The notes under the pieces are model-generated. The model saw only the letters and a program-made list of their open reading frames with translations, made no database searches and was not told where the DNA came from. DNA of 64,000 nt from a bacterium. GTDB lineage: Bacteria; Zhuqueibacterota; Zhuqueibacteria; Residuimicrobiales; Krinioviventaceae. The stretch covers positions 32,001 to 96,000 of the forward strand of contig CAXXFV010000017.1 in NCBI GenBank assembly GCA_963674595.2. The letters are read 5' to 3'. Position 1 is the first letter of the stretch; each line of letters begins with the position of its first letter. Shown here piece by piece: positions 10,270-18,571 of this stretch. The translations under genes and the position numbers were made by a program.

Positions 10270-10839
10270 ATGGATCAAAATAATAAAGAAGAAAACAGCC
10301 TGCCTGTTACTAGTAAAAAACTCTTCGAATTGCGAATAATAACAATATTCGGTGAGATCAATCAAAAAGTTTCTCGTGAAGTGACTGAAAAACTGCTTGT
10401 TCTTTCCGAAGAATCTGATGAGCCGATCAAGCTGGTTATAAATTCTCAGGGCGGACATGTGGAATCTGCTGATACCATATTTGATATGATTCGTTTTGTT
10501 AAAGCGCCGGTAAAAATTATCGGTACCGGATGGGTTGCCAGCGCCGGTGCATTGATCTTTTCCGCTGCTCCTTTGGAACGACGTTTTTGTCTACCCAACA
10601 CCCGGTTCCTGCTTCACCAGCCAAGTGGCGGTGTCGGAGGCCAGGCCACGGATATCAGCATAGAGGCCCGGGAAATTGTTAAAATGAAAGACCGTTTGAA
10701 TAAAATCCTTGCCGAACAAACCGGTCAGGATATTAAAAAGATAGAAGCGGACACCGACCGCAACTATTGGATGAGCGCTGATGAAGCCAAAAAATATGGT
10801 CTGGTTGGTAAGGTTGTAAATTCCGTTAAGGAACTCTAA
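10270..10839 (+). CDS. clpP: ATP-dependent Clp protease proteolytic subunit (stand-alone paralog)
   Basis: INSQGG, VASAG (catalytic Ser), FLLHQP, DTDRNYWMSADEAKKYGL. Confidence 0.95.
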   Translation: MDQNNKEENSLPVTSKKLFELRIITIFGEINQKVSREVTEKLLVLSEESDEPIKLVINSQGGHVESADTIFDMIRFVKAPVKIIGTGWVASAGALIFSAAPLERRFCLPNTRFLLHQPSGGVGGQATDISIEAREIVKMKDRLNKILAEQTGQDIKKIEADTDRNYWMSADEAKKYGLVGKVVNSVKEL

Positions 10840-10918
10840 TCAGAGACAAATTAAGGGGGAATTTAACATCTAATTGATTTTTATATAGGTTTAAAGAGGA
10901 AAAGTAGTATATTAAAGA

Positions 10919-11887
10919 ATGAAAGAAATATACTCACAATATATACCAAAATCAGTTGCTTGTTTAGAGAATCTACAAAATAATATTCCTGGTATTGCAA
11001 AAGACAAGTCTTTAGTAAGTGAAATCGAATTAGCGATTCAACAAATCCCGACAAAACATGAATTATTCCAAGCAGATGCCAGAAATATATCTTTTATCAA
11101 AGATGAATCAGTACATTTAGTTGTGACATCTCCCCCATACTGGATATTGAAAAAATATAATGATCACGAAAATCAGCTCGGGGAAGTTCAAGATTATGAA
11201 AATTTTTTAAAAGAATTAGATAAAGTTTGGCAACATTGTTACCGGGTTCTTGTCCCTGGCGGAAGACTTGTTTGCATTGTCGGAGATGTTTGTCTTTCAA
11301 GACGAAAGAACAAAGGTCGACATACGGTTGTACCTCTGCATGCATCGATACAAGAACATTGTAGAACTCTGGGTTTTGACAATCTTTCACCAATCATTTG
11401 GCATAAAATATCAAATGCATCGTTTGAAGCAAATGGAAATGGCGCTGGATTTTTAGGAAAACCTTACGAACCCAATGCTATAATTAAAAATGATATCGAA
11501 TTTATCTTAATGGAACGGAAACCTGGTGGTTACCGTAACCCTACTGTTTCCAGTAGAGTGTTATCCATAATTTCTGAAGAAAACCACAGAAGCTGGTTTC
11601 AACCAATCTGGTCTGGTTTAAATGGTGTTTCTACAAAATTCCATCCTGCACCATATCCGGTAGAACTGGTAGAACGCCTAGTAAGAATGTTTAGTTTTGT
11701 TGGAGATACCGTTTTGGATCCTTTTTTAGGGACGGGAACTACATCTATAGCCGCTTCAAAATGGGGTCGAAATTCTATTGGAATTGAAGTTGATCCACAC
11801 TATTTTGAATTTGCAGAAAAACGCATCAATAGCTTTTCACCGAATCTTTTTTCGAATGTTGAAATTTTAACCAAACAGATGGCTTGA
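10919..11887 (+). CDS. Beta-class N4/N6 DNA methyltransferase
   Basis: Motif IV VTSPPY precedes HPAPYP and motif I DPFLGTGTT (beta order). Confidence 0.9.
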   Translation: MKEIYSQYIPKSVACLENLQNNIPGIAKDKSLVSEIELAIQQIPTKHELFQADARNISFIKDESVHLVVTSPPYWILKKYNDHENQLGEVQDYENFLKELDKVWQHCYRVLVPGGRLVCIVGDVCLSRRKNKGRHTVVPLHASIQEHCRTLGFDNLSPIIWHKISNASFEANGNGAGFLGKPYEPNAIIKNDIEFILMERKPGGYRNPTVSSRVLSIISEENHRSWFQPIWSGLNGVSTKFHPAPYPVELVERLVRMFSFVGDTVLDPFLGTGTTSIAASKWGRNSIGIEVDPHYFEFAEKRINSFSPNLFSNVEILTKQMA

Positions 11888-12612
11888 AGAAAATTATGGA
11901 TTATAATTCTGAACTTGGGCAAGCAGTGAAATATTTTTGGACTGTTCGTACCAACCAGCAGAAAAATCAAGGCAAGGTTACAGGTATTAAAGATTATGGT
12001 AATCGGAGTGCCGTAACTGGTGGAAAACACCTTGATGGATTTGTCTCACTATTTGAGAATATTCTCACTGAAGCAGGCATACCAAAAGCATCTATCTATA
12101 TTCGAAAGACAACATTACCCGGATATTTCCGTCCAACAAAAGATTGGGACTTGGTAGTTGTTGTTGATGATCATTTATTGGCATCAATAGAATTAAAAAC
12201 ACAAGTTGGATCATTTGGTAATAATTTTAATAATCGGGTAGAGGAAGCTTTGGGTTCTTCGACGGACTTGCTAATGGCCTATCGTGAAGGAAAGTTTAAA
12301 CCATCCAAAAAGCCCTGGCTTGGTTGGCTTATGCTTCTTGAAGATAGCGAAAAATCCAAAAGACCGGTAAAAGTTAGAGAACCACATTTTAAAGTATTTC
12401 CTGAATTTAAGGATATATCATACGCGAAAAGATATGAACTTTTTTGTGAACGTATGGTTAGAGAAAGACTTTATGATTCAACATGTTTTTTAATGTCAAG
12501 TGAATCTGATGGTTTGTGTGGAGAATATGCAGAGCCAAATGAAGAATTAAGTTTTAAAAATTTTACTGCTTCCCTAATAGCTCATGCTATTGCGTATATA
12601 AAAATGCGCTAG
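11884..12612 (+). CDS. Type II restriction endonuclease, PaeR7I/XhoI family
   Basis: R.AVTGGKHLDGF, LPGYFRPTKDWD, IELK.QVGSFGNNFNNRVEEALG; start overlaps MTase stop. Confidence 0.85.
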   Translation: MKKIMDYNSELGQAVKYFWTVRTNQQKNQGKVTGIKDYGNRSAVTGGKHLDGFVSLFENILTEAGIPKASIYIRKTTLPGYFRPTKDWDLVVVVDDHLLASIELKTQVGSFGNNFNNRVEEALGSSTDLLMAYREGKFKPSKKPWLGWLMLLEDSEKSKRPVKVREPHFKVFPEFKDISYAKRYELFCERMVRERLYDSTCFLMSSESDGLCGEYAEPNEELSFKNFTASLIAHAIAYIKMR

Positions 12613-12866
12613 TAATCAGCAATTGTTAAGTTAAATTCAATCAGATTTGAAATCTTTTTAAAGTTTAATAAAAAGATGATCCAAAAATTAAGAGTAGATT
12701 AAAATTAATATAGTTAAATCCTGTTTGATAACTCATTGAGTCATATCATCCGGCTTTTTTATTACATCCCGCCTTGTTTTTCCTCCAATATTTATTCCGC
12801 AGATATTGTAAAATGTACTATATTTAACTAGATAATTTTACAACAAATAAGACGGAGATGTACACC

Positions 12867-14252
12867 ATGAATTCCACAAACTTCCGGAAACATATCCTAT
12901 GCATCGGCGCCGGATACGTCGGCGGGCCTACTATGGCCATGATCGCTGCAAAATGCCCCCAGTACCTTGTCACCGTTGTCGATATTAATCAGCAAAAAAT
13001 TCAGGCATGGCAAACAGACCAGCTTCCAATTTATGAACCGGGTTTGCTTGATGTCGTTAAACAGGCCCGGGGCCGTAATTTGGTTTTTTCTACGGAAATT
13101 GATAAAAACATCAAATCCGCTGATATTATTTTTGTATCTGTCAATACACCCACAAAAACATTTGGAGAGGGGGCGGGAAAAAGCGCTGACCTGCAATATT
13201 GGGAAAAAACAGCGCGAGATATTTTAAAAGCCTCGGACACGGATAAAATCATTGTCGAAAAGAGCACGCTTCCCGTGCGGACTGCCGGGGCCATGGAGCG
13301 TATTTTAAACTCTAATGATAAAGGCATAACATTTCAAGTTATTTCGAATCCGGAATTCCTCGCGGAAGGAACAGCCGTAGATGACCTGGAGAATCCGGAC
13401 CGTGTTTTAATCGGTTCTCAGGAAACAGAAAGCGGCCTAAAGGCCCGTAACGAAATTGTGGAAATTTATGCCAACTGGGTCCCGCAGGAGAGGATCGTTA
13501 CCAGCAATATCTGGAGCTCCGAGCTTTCAAAACTGGTCGCCAATGCGTTTTTGGCGCAGCGTATTTCATCCATCAACAGCATTTCCGCACTTTGTGAAAA
13601 AACCGAAGCCGACGTTCAGGAAGTTGCCCATGCCATTGGAATGGATTCCCGCATCGGCAGCCGGTTTCTTAATGCCAGTGTCGGGTTTGGCGGGTCATGT
13701 TTTAAAAAAGATATTCTCAATTTGGTCTATATTGCGGAATCCTACGGTCTTTCGGAAGTCGCTGCCTATTGGGAAAATGTTGTGCTGATCAACGAGTATC
13801 AGCAAAATCGATTTGTAAAAAACATGATGCGGGCGCTTTTTAATACCATTTCCAATAAAAAGATTGCAATATTGGGATTTGCATTCAAGGCCGACACCGG
13901 CGATACCCGCGAGTCCCCGGCCATTCACATCGTTAAAAAACTTTTGGCAGAAAAAGCACATGTTGTTGTTTCCGATCCCCAGGCTTTGGAAAATGCCAAA
14001 ATCGATTTAAAAGGATGTGAAGGGTCTATTGAATATATTGCAGACCCTTATAAAGCGGTAAAAGATACCCATGCAATTGCCATTGTTACCGAATGGGACC
14101 TGTATAAATCGTTGGATTATGAAAAAATATTCAAGGATATGGTCAAGCCGGCTTTTATTTTTGACGGGCGAAATATTCTCAATCACCAGGAATTATTTGA
14201 AATCGGTTTTAATGTTTATCCCCTGGGCAAGCCGGCCCTGTCTCATCTTTAG
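12867..14252 (+). CDS. ugd: UDP-glucose 6-dehydrogenase
   Basis: CIGAGYVGGPT, VEKST, SNPEFLAEG, GFGGSCFKKD, FDGRN; start at 12867 chosen for GGAG spacing (alternative 12858). Confidence 0.95.
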   Translation: MNSTNFRKHILCIGAGYVGGPTMAMIAAKCPQYLVTVVDINQQKIQAWQTDQLPIYEPGLLDVVKQARGRNLVFSTEIDKNIKSADIIFVSVNTPTKTFGEGAGKSADLQYWEKTARDILKASDTDKIIVEKSTLPVRTAGAMERILNSNDKGITFQVISNPEFLAEGTAVDDLENPDRVLIGSQETESGLKARNEIVEIYANWVPQERIVTSNIWSSELSKLVANAFLAQRISSINSISALCEKTEADVQEVAHAIGMDSRIGSRFLNASVGFGGSCFKKDILNLVYIAESYGLSEVAAYWENVVLINEYQQNRFVKNMMRALFNTISNKKIAILGFAFKADTGDTRESPAIHIVKKLLAEKAHVVVSDPQALENAKIDLKGCEGSIEYIADPYKAVKDTHAIAIVTEWDLYKSLDYEKIFKDMVKPAFIFDGRNILNHQELFEIGFNVYPLGKPALSHL

Positions 14253-14281
14253 AAATATTGTAGTTAAATGTATTGTACCTG

Positions 14282-14308
14282 AAGGCCGGACATGCCCGGC
14301 CTTTTTTA
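14282..14308 (+). terminator. Rho-independent terminator
   Basis: AAGGCCGG-acatgc-CCGGCCTT followed by a T-run. Confidence 0.85.
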
Positions 14309-14411
14309 TCATAATTTTTTTGGATATTGTTTGCAAAAATGGCATTAAATGTTTATACTGATAAACTATTATCCGGTTAAATTGTGGGTCCCTTGAAGAA
14401 AGGACAAGTCT

Positions 14412-15431
14412 ATGAATAAAGTTTTTTATCTGATTTTCCTTTTTGTTTTTTCAATGGAATGTTTTGCACAACGCGATGCGCTTCCAAAAGTTTCAGATGA
14501 GTTCAGTCAAATAACTGAACAGTTTATTGACTTTGATGTCATTGTAAAACCGGATAAAGATGCCCCTGAATGGTGGGCCGGTGCACCATCGGTTGTTGTG
14601 GACCGGCAGAGAGTTTTTTGGATGGCCTGCCGGATGCGCACCGCAGACGCTCCCAGAGGGCTTCGTGGGTATGAAATTCGCATTCTTAAAAGTGCTGACG
14701 GGGTTAGTTTTGAAACGGTGCGTCACATAAAACGCGAACAGGTGCCTATTGATGGTTTTGAACGGCCGGCGCTGTTGATTGATCCTGTTACCAGCCTGTT
14801 CAAACTGTACGGATGCGGACCGGACTCGAACGGTGTTTGGGGTATTTTTAAATTTGAGGATGCCGAATCACCGGATAAGTTCAAGCCTGAAACAGCGAAA
14901 AGAGTGATTGTGCCCTTTGCCAGGGAATATCCGCGTCAAATAACAGTGACCGGATATAAAGATCCGGTTATTATACATTCACAGGGACAGTATCACTGCT
15001 ATGTCATCGGCTATGTCCGGCAAAACGAACGGATCTTTCATTTTACCAGTCCGGATGGCGAAACATGGCAGCCAGTTGGGCATCCGAATAAAAGTATCAT
15101 GCCCTTGTCCGGCTGGCACGATTTCTTTGTTCGTCCCGCTTCTGTTGTGCCGTTGGGTGTCGGTTATCTTTTTGCCTATGAAGGCTCCTGTGCCGCCTGG
15201 AAAGACCCTGTTTATAATATCGCCACCGGATTAGGTTTTACATTTGATTTACACCATATTTATGATTTAACGGCTGATTCACCTTTTATCCTTAGCAGTA
15301 CCCCCGGAAGTTTTTATACCTGCCGGTATTCTTGCTGGCTGATTATTAAAAATGAAATATGGATTTATGCCGAAACGGCCAAACCCAATGACTCCCATGA
15401 AATTCGTCTTTTTCGAATTAAGATGAAATGA
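14412..15431 (+). CDS. Secreted five-bladed beta-propeller glycosidase-like protein
   Basis: Signal peptide; WWAGAPSV, S.DG..F, ERPAL, YKDPVI, SPDGETW repeats resemble the GH43/GH130-type propeller. Confidence 0.55.
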   Translation: MNKVFYLIFLFVFSMECFAQRDALPKVSDEFSQITEQFIDFDVIVKPDKDAPEWWAGAPSVVVDRQRVFWMACRMRTADAPRGLRGYEIRILKSADGVSFETVRHIKREQVPIDGFERPALLIDPVTSLFKLYGCGPDSNGVWGIFKFEDAESPDKFKPETAKRVIVPFAREYPRQITVTGYKDPVIIHSQGQYHCYVIGYVRQNERIFHFTSPDGETWQPVGHPNKSIMPLSGWHDFFVRPASVVPLGVGYLFAYEGSCAAWKDPVYNIATGLGFTFDLHHIYDLTADSPFILSSTPGSFYTCRYSCWLIIKNEIWIYAETAKPNDSHEIRLFRIKMK

Positions 15432-15443
15432 TTATATTTTTAA

Positions 15444-15471
15444 TGTAAATGAATCTGATTTTTTTTCGTCT
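15444..15471 (+). promoter_or_regulatory. Candidate autoregulatory ECF promoter
   Basis: TGTAAA-N17-CGTCT directly upstream of the ECF sigma gene. Confidence 0.5.
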
Positions 15472-15521
15472 TATAGATGAATCAGTTGATCTGTCAAGTC
15501 GCGAGATCCTATGAGTATTAA

Positions 15522-16088
15522 ATGAAAGACAAAGAAGACAAGCTTGTCCAAAAATCCAAGGCCGGTAATAAAGCTGCTTTTGGAAAATTGGCCAAATTGT
15601 ATCAGGATAAAGTGCTTTTTCTCGCGTACGATCTTGTCGGCGATTATGATGAAGCTAAAGACATTGCTCAGGATAGTTTTTTTAAAGCGTATAAGAATTT
15701 ATATCAATTTGAAGAAAGGTCCAAATTTTCAACCTGGTTGTATCGAATTACCGTAAATATGGCGATGGATACATTACGGAAAAAACAACGGGTTCGTTTT
15801 ACATCACTGGAACCGTTTACTAATCTGAATGATTCGGAATATTTACAAAACCATAATGTTCAGCCTGATTTTGAACTGGAAAATTCGGAAATAGCAAAAT
15901 ACCTTGATCTGGCCATTGAAGGACTGGTTCTTACGCAAAAAATTGCTGTTGTATTAAAGTTTTTTCATCAAAAAAAAGCCTCTGAAATTGCCGATATATT
16001 AGGCTGTGCTGAAAATACAGCCAGGGTTCATTTAGCCAGAGGAATTGAAAATATAAAAAAGAAAATGATCAAGTATATTAAAGAATAA
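15522..16088 (+). CDS. ECF RNA polymerase sigma factor
   Basis: Region 2 AKDIAQDSF...SKFSTWLYRITVN; region 4 SEIADILG..ENTARVHLAR. Confidence 0.95.
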   Translation: MKDKEDKLVQKSKAGNKAAFGKLAKLYQDKVLFLAYDLVGDYDEAKDIAQDSFFKAYKNLYQFEERSKFSTWLYRITVNMAMDTLRKKQRVRFTSLEPFTNLNDSEYLQNHNVQPDFELENSEIAKYLDLAIEGLVLTQKIAVVLKFFHQKKASEIADILGCAENTARVHLARGIENIKKKMIKYIKE

Positions 16089-16092
16089 TTAT

Positions 16093-16875
16093 ATGAAAAA
16101 TTGTAAATATCAAAAATATATTTTAGAATATTTTGAACAACAGTTGCCTCCTCAGGAAACTAAAAAAGTTCGACTTCATCTTCAGGAGTGCGACCATTGC
16201 AAAAATTATTTAAAAGACCTTACATCCGTCACACCCCGTCTGAACGTCCGTAAACGGCCTGAACCTGACAAGGAATTTTTATCTCAATATCATCAATCCC
16301 TGGCATCCATGTTTGAGCCGGAATCAATGTGGACCCGGATATATGAAAAGATAAAAGACGCTTTTACTCCGCTTGCACCGCATGGTTTACGCTGGGTCCA
16401 GGTTATGGCTGTTCTTGTTGTCGGTATTATTATCGGGCGCATGTGGTCTGATTACAAGAGTGCCCCTGTTGAGACCGTGTCTGAAAAAATTATCAATATT
16501 CAGCCTATTTGTGATAATGATATTGATTTTATGACCCGGTTTTTTAGCAAGTCAGAACTGTTTTTACTGGAAATTAAAAACAAGCCTTGTAGCGACGAAA
16601 CCGCTGCCGTTGATTTTTCATTAAAAATGAAAATGGCCAACAATCTTTTGGTCCAGGCCGGCTATATGAACGAACTTGCAGCCAACATTAATGATGAATC
16701 GTTGGTTACCTATTTAAATCGATTAGAGTTTTTACTGCTGGAATTTACAAATCATGATAAAAAGGAAATACAGGAAATTTTTTCAAAATTATCAAAAATT
16801 ATAGAAGAGACTGGATTATTAAATCAATCCCGAACTTATCTCGACCACTTTAAAACCGAACATGATCATATTTAG
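16093..16875 (+). CDS. Zinc-finger (zf-HC2) anti-sigma factor with TM
   Basis: HLQECDHC; one TM; helical periplasmic domain. Confidence 0.85.
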   Translation: MKNCKYQKYILEYFEQQLPPQETKKVRLHLQECDHCKNYLKDLTSVTPRLNVRKRPEPDKEFLSQYHQSLASMFEPESMWTRIYEKIKDAFTPLAPHGLRWVQVMAVLVVGIIIGRMWSDYKSAPVETVSEKIINIQPICDNDIDFMTRFFSKSELFLLEIKNKPCSDETAAVDFSLKMKMANNLLVQAGYMNELAANINDESLVTYLNRLEFLLLEFTNHDKKEIQEIFSKLSKIIEETGLLNQSRTYLDHFKTEHDHI

Positions 16876-16889
16876 ACAGGTTATATTAT

Positions 16890-18494
16890 TTGAGAATATT
16901 GAAGATAAATATATTTTGGCTGCTGCTGTTTGTGATGACCTGCTTTGCTTTTTCCCGGGACAGTGAAACAATTCAAGACCATTTTTTAAATGCAAAAATG
17001 GCTGTTATTGAACAAAAGTGGGCACAAGCAATTACCAAACTATCCGAGTTTTTAAAAAATAATCCGGGAAATTTTGCCGAAGAAGCACAGTTTTGGCTTG
17101 GCTTTAGTCTGGAACGTCAGGCAAGTTCGCCGGAAAAAGCGTTTGAAGCTTTTACCAAGCTGACCCAAACCTATCCGAACGGCACCTGGGCTGATGACGC
17201 TATTTTACATCAAATTACGCTGGCTGAAAAATTAATAATCATCGGGAAAAAGTCCTACCTGGAATTTCTGGTGCAGATGCTTGACAATCCGATGGATAAT
17301 ATTCGTTATCAGGCTGCCCTGGCACTGGGACGGATTGAAGATGAAAGGGCGCTTCCGGTTCTCGAAAAAATGCTTAACGATCCCGAACTGGGACTTGTTG
17401 CTGAAAAATTGATAAACAATATTAAAAATCAGGAACAGCCCCAACGTGTAAAATATATGGATTTTAAGAACAAATCAATCCTGCATGATAACCATAACCA
17501 AACAAAAGATGAAGCTTATTATTTTTCAGAAGAACAATTTGATCTGTATAAAAAACTGACAAAATCTGAAAACAAGTGGAGCAGGGCAGAATTGGTTACA
17601 TTTGGGTTATGGCATGTTATGCCGGAAAAGTATTTTACCCAGTATTATAACATGTCCGATAAAGACAAAGAGCTTTGGTATTATATCTTTTGGAAGAAAA
17701 ATGATCCAACGCCGACCACGGAAATAAATGAAGCCATGTTGGAATTTGAAAAAAGAATCAACTATGCCAGAGAAAATTATTACTATTTTGATAATACAGA
17801 AAATTTTGCCTATGCGCCCTGGGACGCACGTGGTGAATTATATATAAAATATGGTGAGCCGCAAACAAAATTGACCTATCCCGGGGGAGAGTCATGGTAT
17901 TACAAGTTCCTTGAGACTCAATTTCAAATTAAAAATTTTGTTACCAATATTTTTGGGCGTGCCATAACCTTTGGACAGGTCGTGCACGGAAAACGGTTCC
18001 GGGGATATTCTTTTCATCGGCAAAATGTTTACTGGAGAGATATTCCCCTGAGTTCTGATGAAATAAAGCTTGATGATCTGAAAAAGTATGAATTCCAGTA
18101 TATTTTTCAGCCTGTATTTTATTATCGATACGATCACAATGGTGATAAATTTAATGATTTCAATTGTTCCATTGAAACTAAAAATTCAAATGTTGCTGTC
18201 CGGTATTCCTTTCCATTAAAAGAGCTTGATATAGAAAAAGGGGAAGAGGGGTATTATGCAGACTGGATGGAACGGTTTGTTGTTTATGACCAGTGGATGC
18301 AGCCTGTTTTGGAAAATGAAACTAGAAAAGTGATTAAAAACAATTCAAAAAAAGAGATACAAAAGATCAAAAATATTCACGAGAATATCTTTCTGGGCCT
18401 GTCCCAGGGTAATTACACCCTTGGTTTTAAGGTTTATAATGCGGCGGTAAACAAGTATTATGTTTTAATGCGGGAATTTAAAGTAATCGAGTAA
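16890..18494 (+). CDS. Secreted TPR + HEAT + GWxTD-like domain protein
   Basis: Signal peptide; TPR (EEAQFWLG, YPNGTWADDA); HEAT (RYQAALALG...ALPVL); FWKKNDPTPTTEINE...R..YA...PWDARGELYIKYGEP matches the GWxTD domain pattern. Confidence 0.75.
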   Translation: MRILKINIFWLLLFVMTCFAFSRDSETIQDHFLNAKMAVIEQKWAQAITKLSEFLKNNPGNFAEEAQFWLGFSLERQASSPEKAFEAFTKLTQTYPNGTWADDAILHQITLAEKLIIIGKKSYLEFLVQMLDNPMDNIRYQAALALGRIEDERALPVLEKMLNDPELGLVAEKLINNIKNQEQPQRVKYMDFKNKSILHDNHNQTKDEAYYFSEEQFDLYKKLTKSENKWSRAELVTFGLWHVMPEKYFTQYYNMSDKDKELWYYIFWKKNDPTPTTEINEAMLEFEKRINYARENYYYFDNTENFAYAPWDARGELYIKYGEPQTKLTYPGGESWYYKFLETQFQIKNFVTNIFGRAITFGQVVHGKRFRGYSFHRQNVYWRDIPLSSDEIKLDDLKKYEFQYIFQPVFYYRYDHNGDKFNDFNCSIETKNSNVAVRYSFPLKELDIEKGEEGYYADWMERFVVYDQWMQPVLENETRKVIKNNSKKEIQKIKNIHENIFLGLSQGNYTLGFKVYNAAVNKYYVLMREFKVIE

Positions 18495-18528
18495 AAGTGA
18501 GATTCTGTTGTTCTCTATTGCTACCCTT

Positions 18529-18564
18529 AAAAAAGGGCCGGAGTACTAATTCCGGCCCTTTTTT
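18529..18564. terminator. Bidirectional terminator
   Basis: AAAAAAGGGCCGGA-N8-TCCGGCCCTTTTTT between convergent genes. Confidence 0.9.
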
Positions 18565-18571
18565 ATTTTAG

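Noticed and set aside
12867-14252. Eukaryote-like UDP-glucose dehydrogenase as a sign of inter-domain transfer
   Set aside because: This subtype is widespread in bacteria, and its sequence style matches the host genes.
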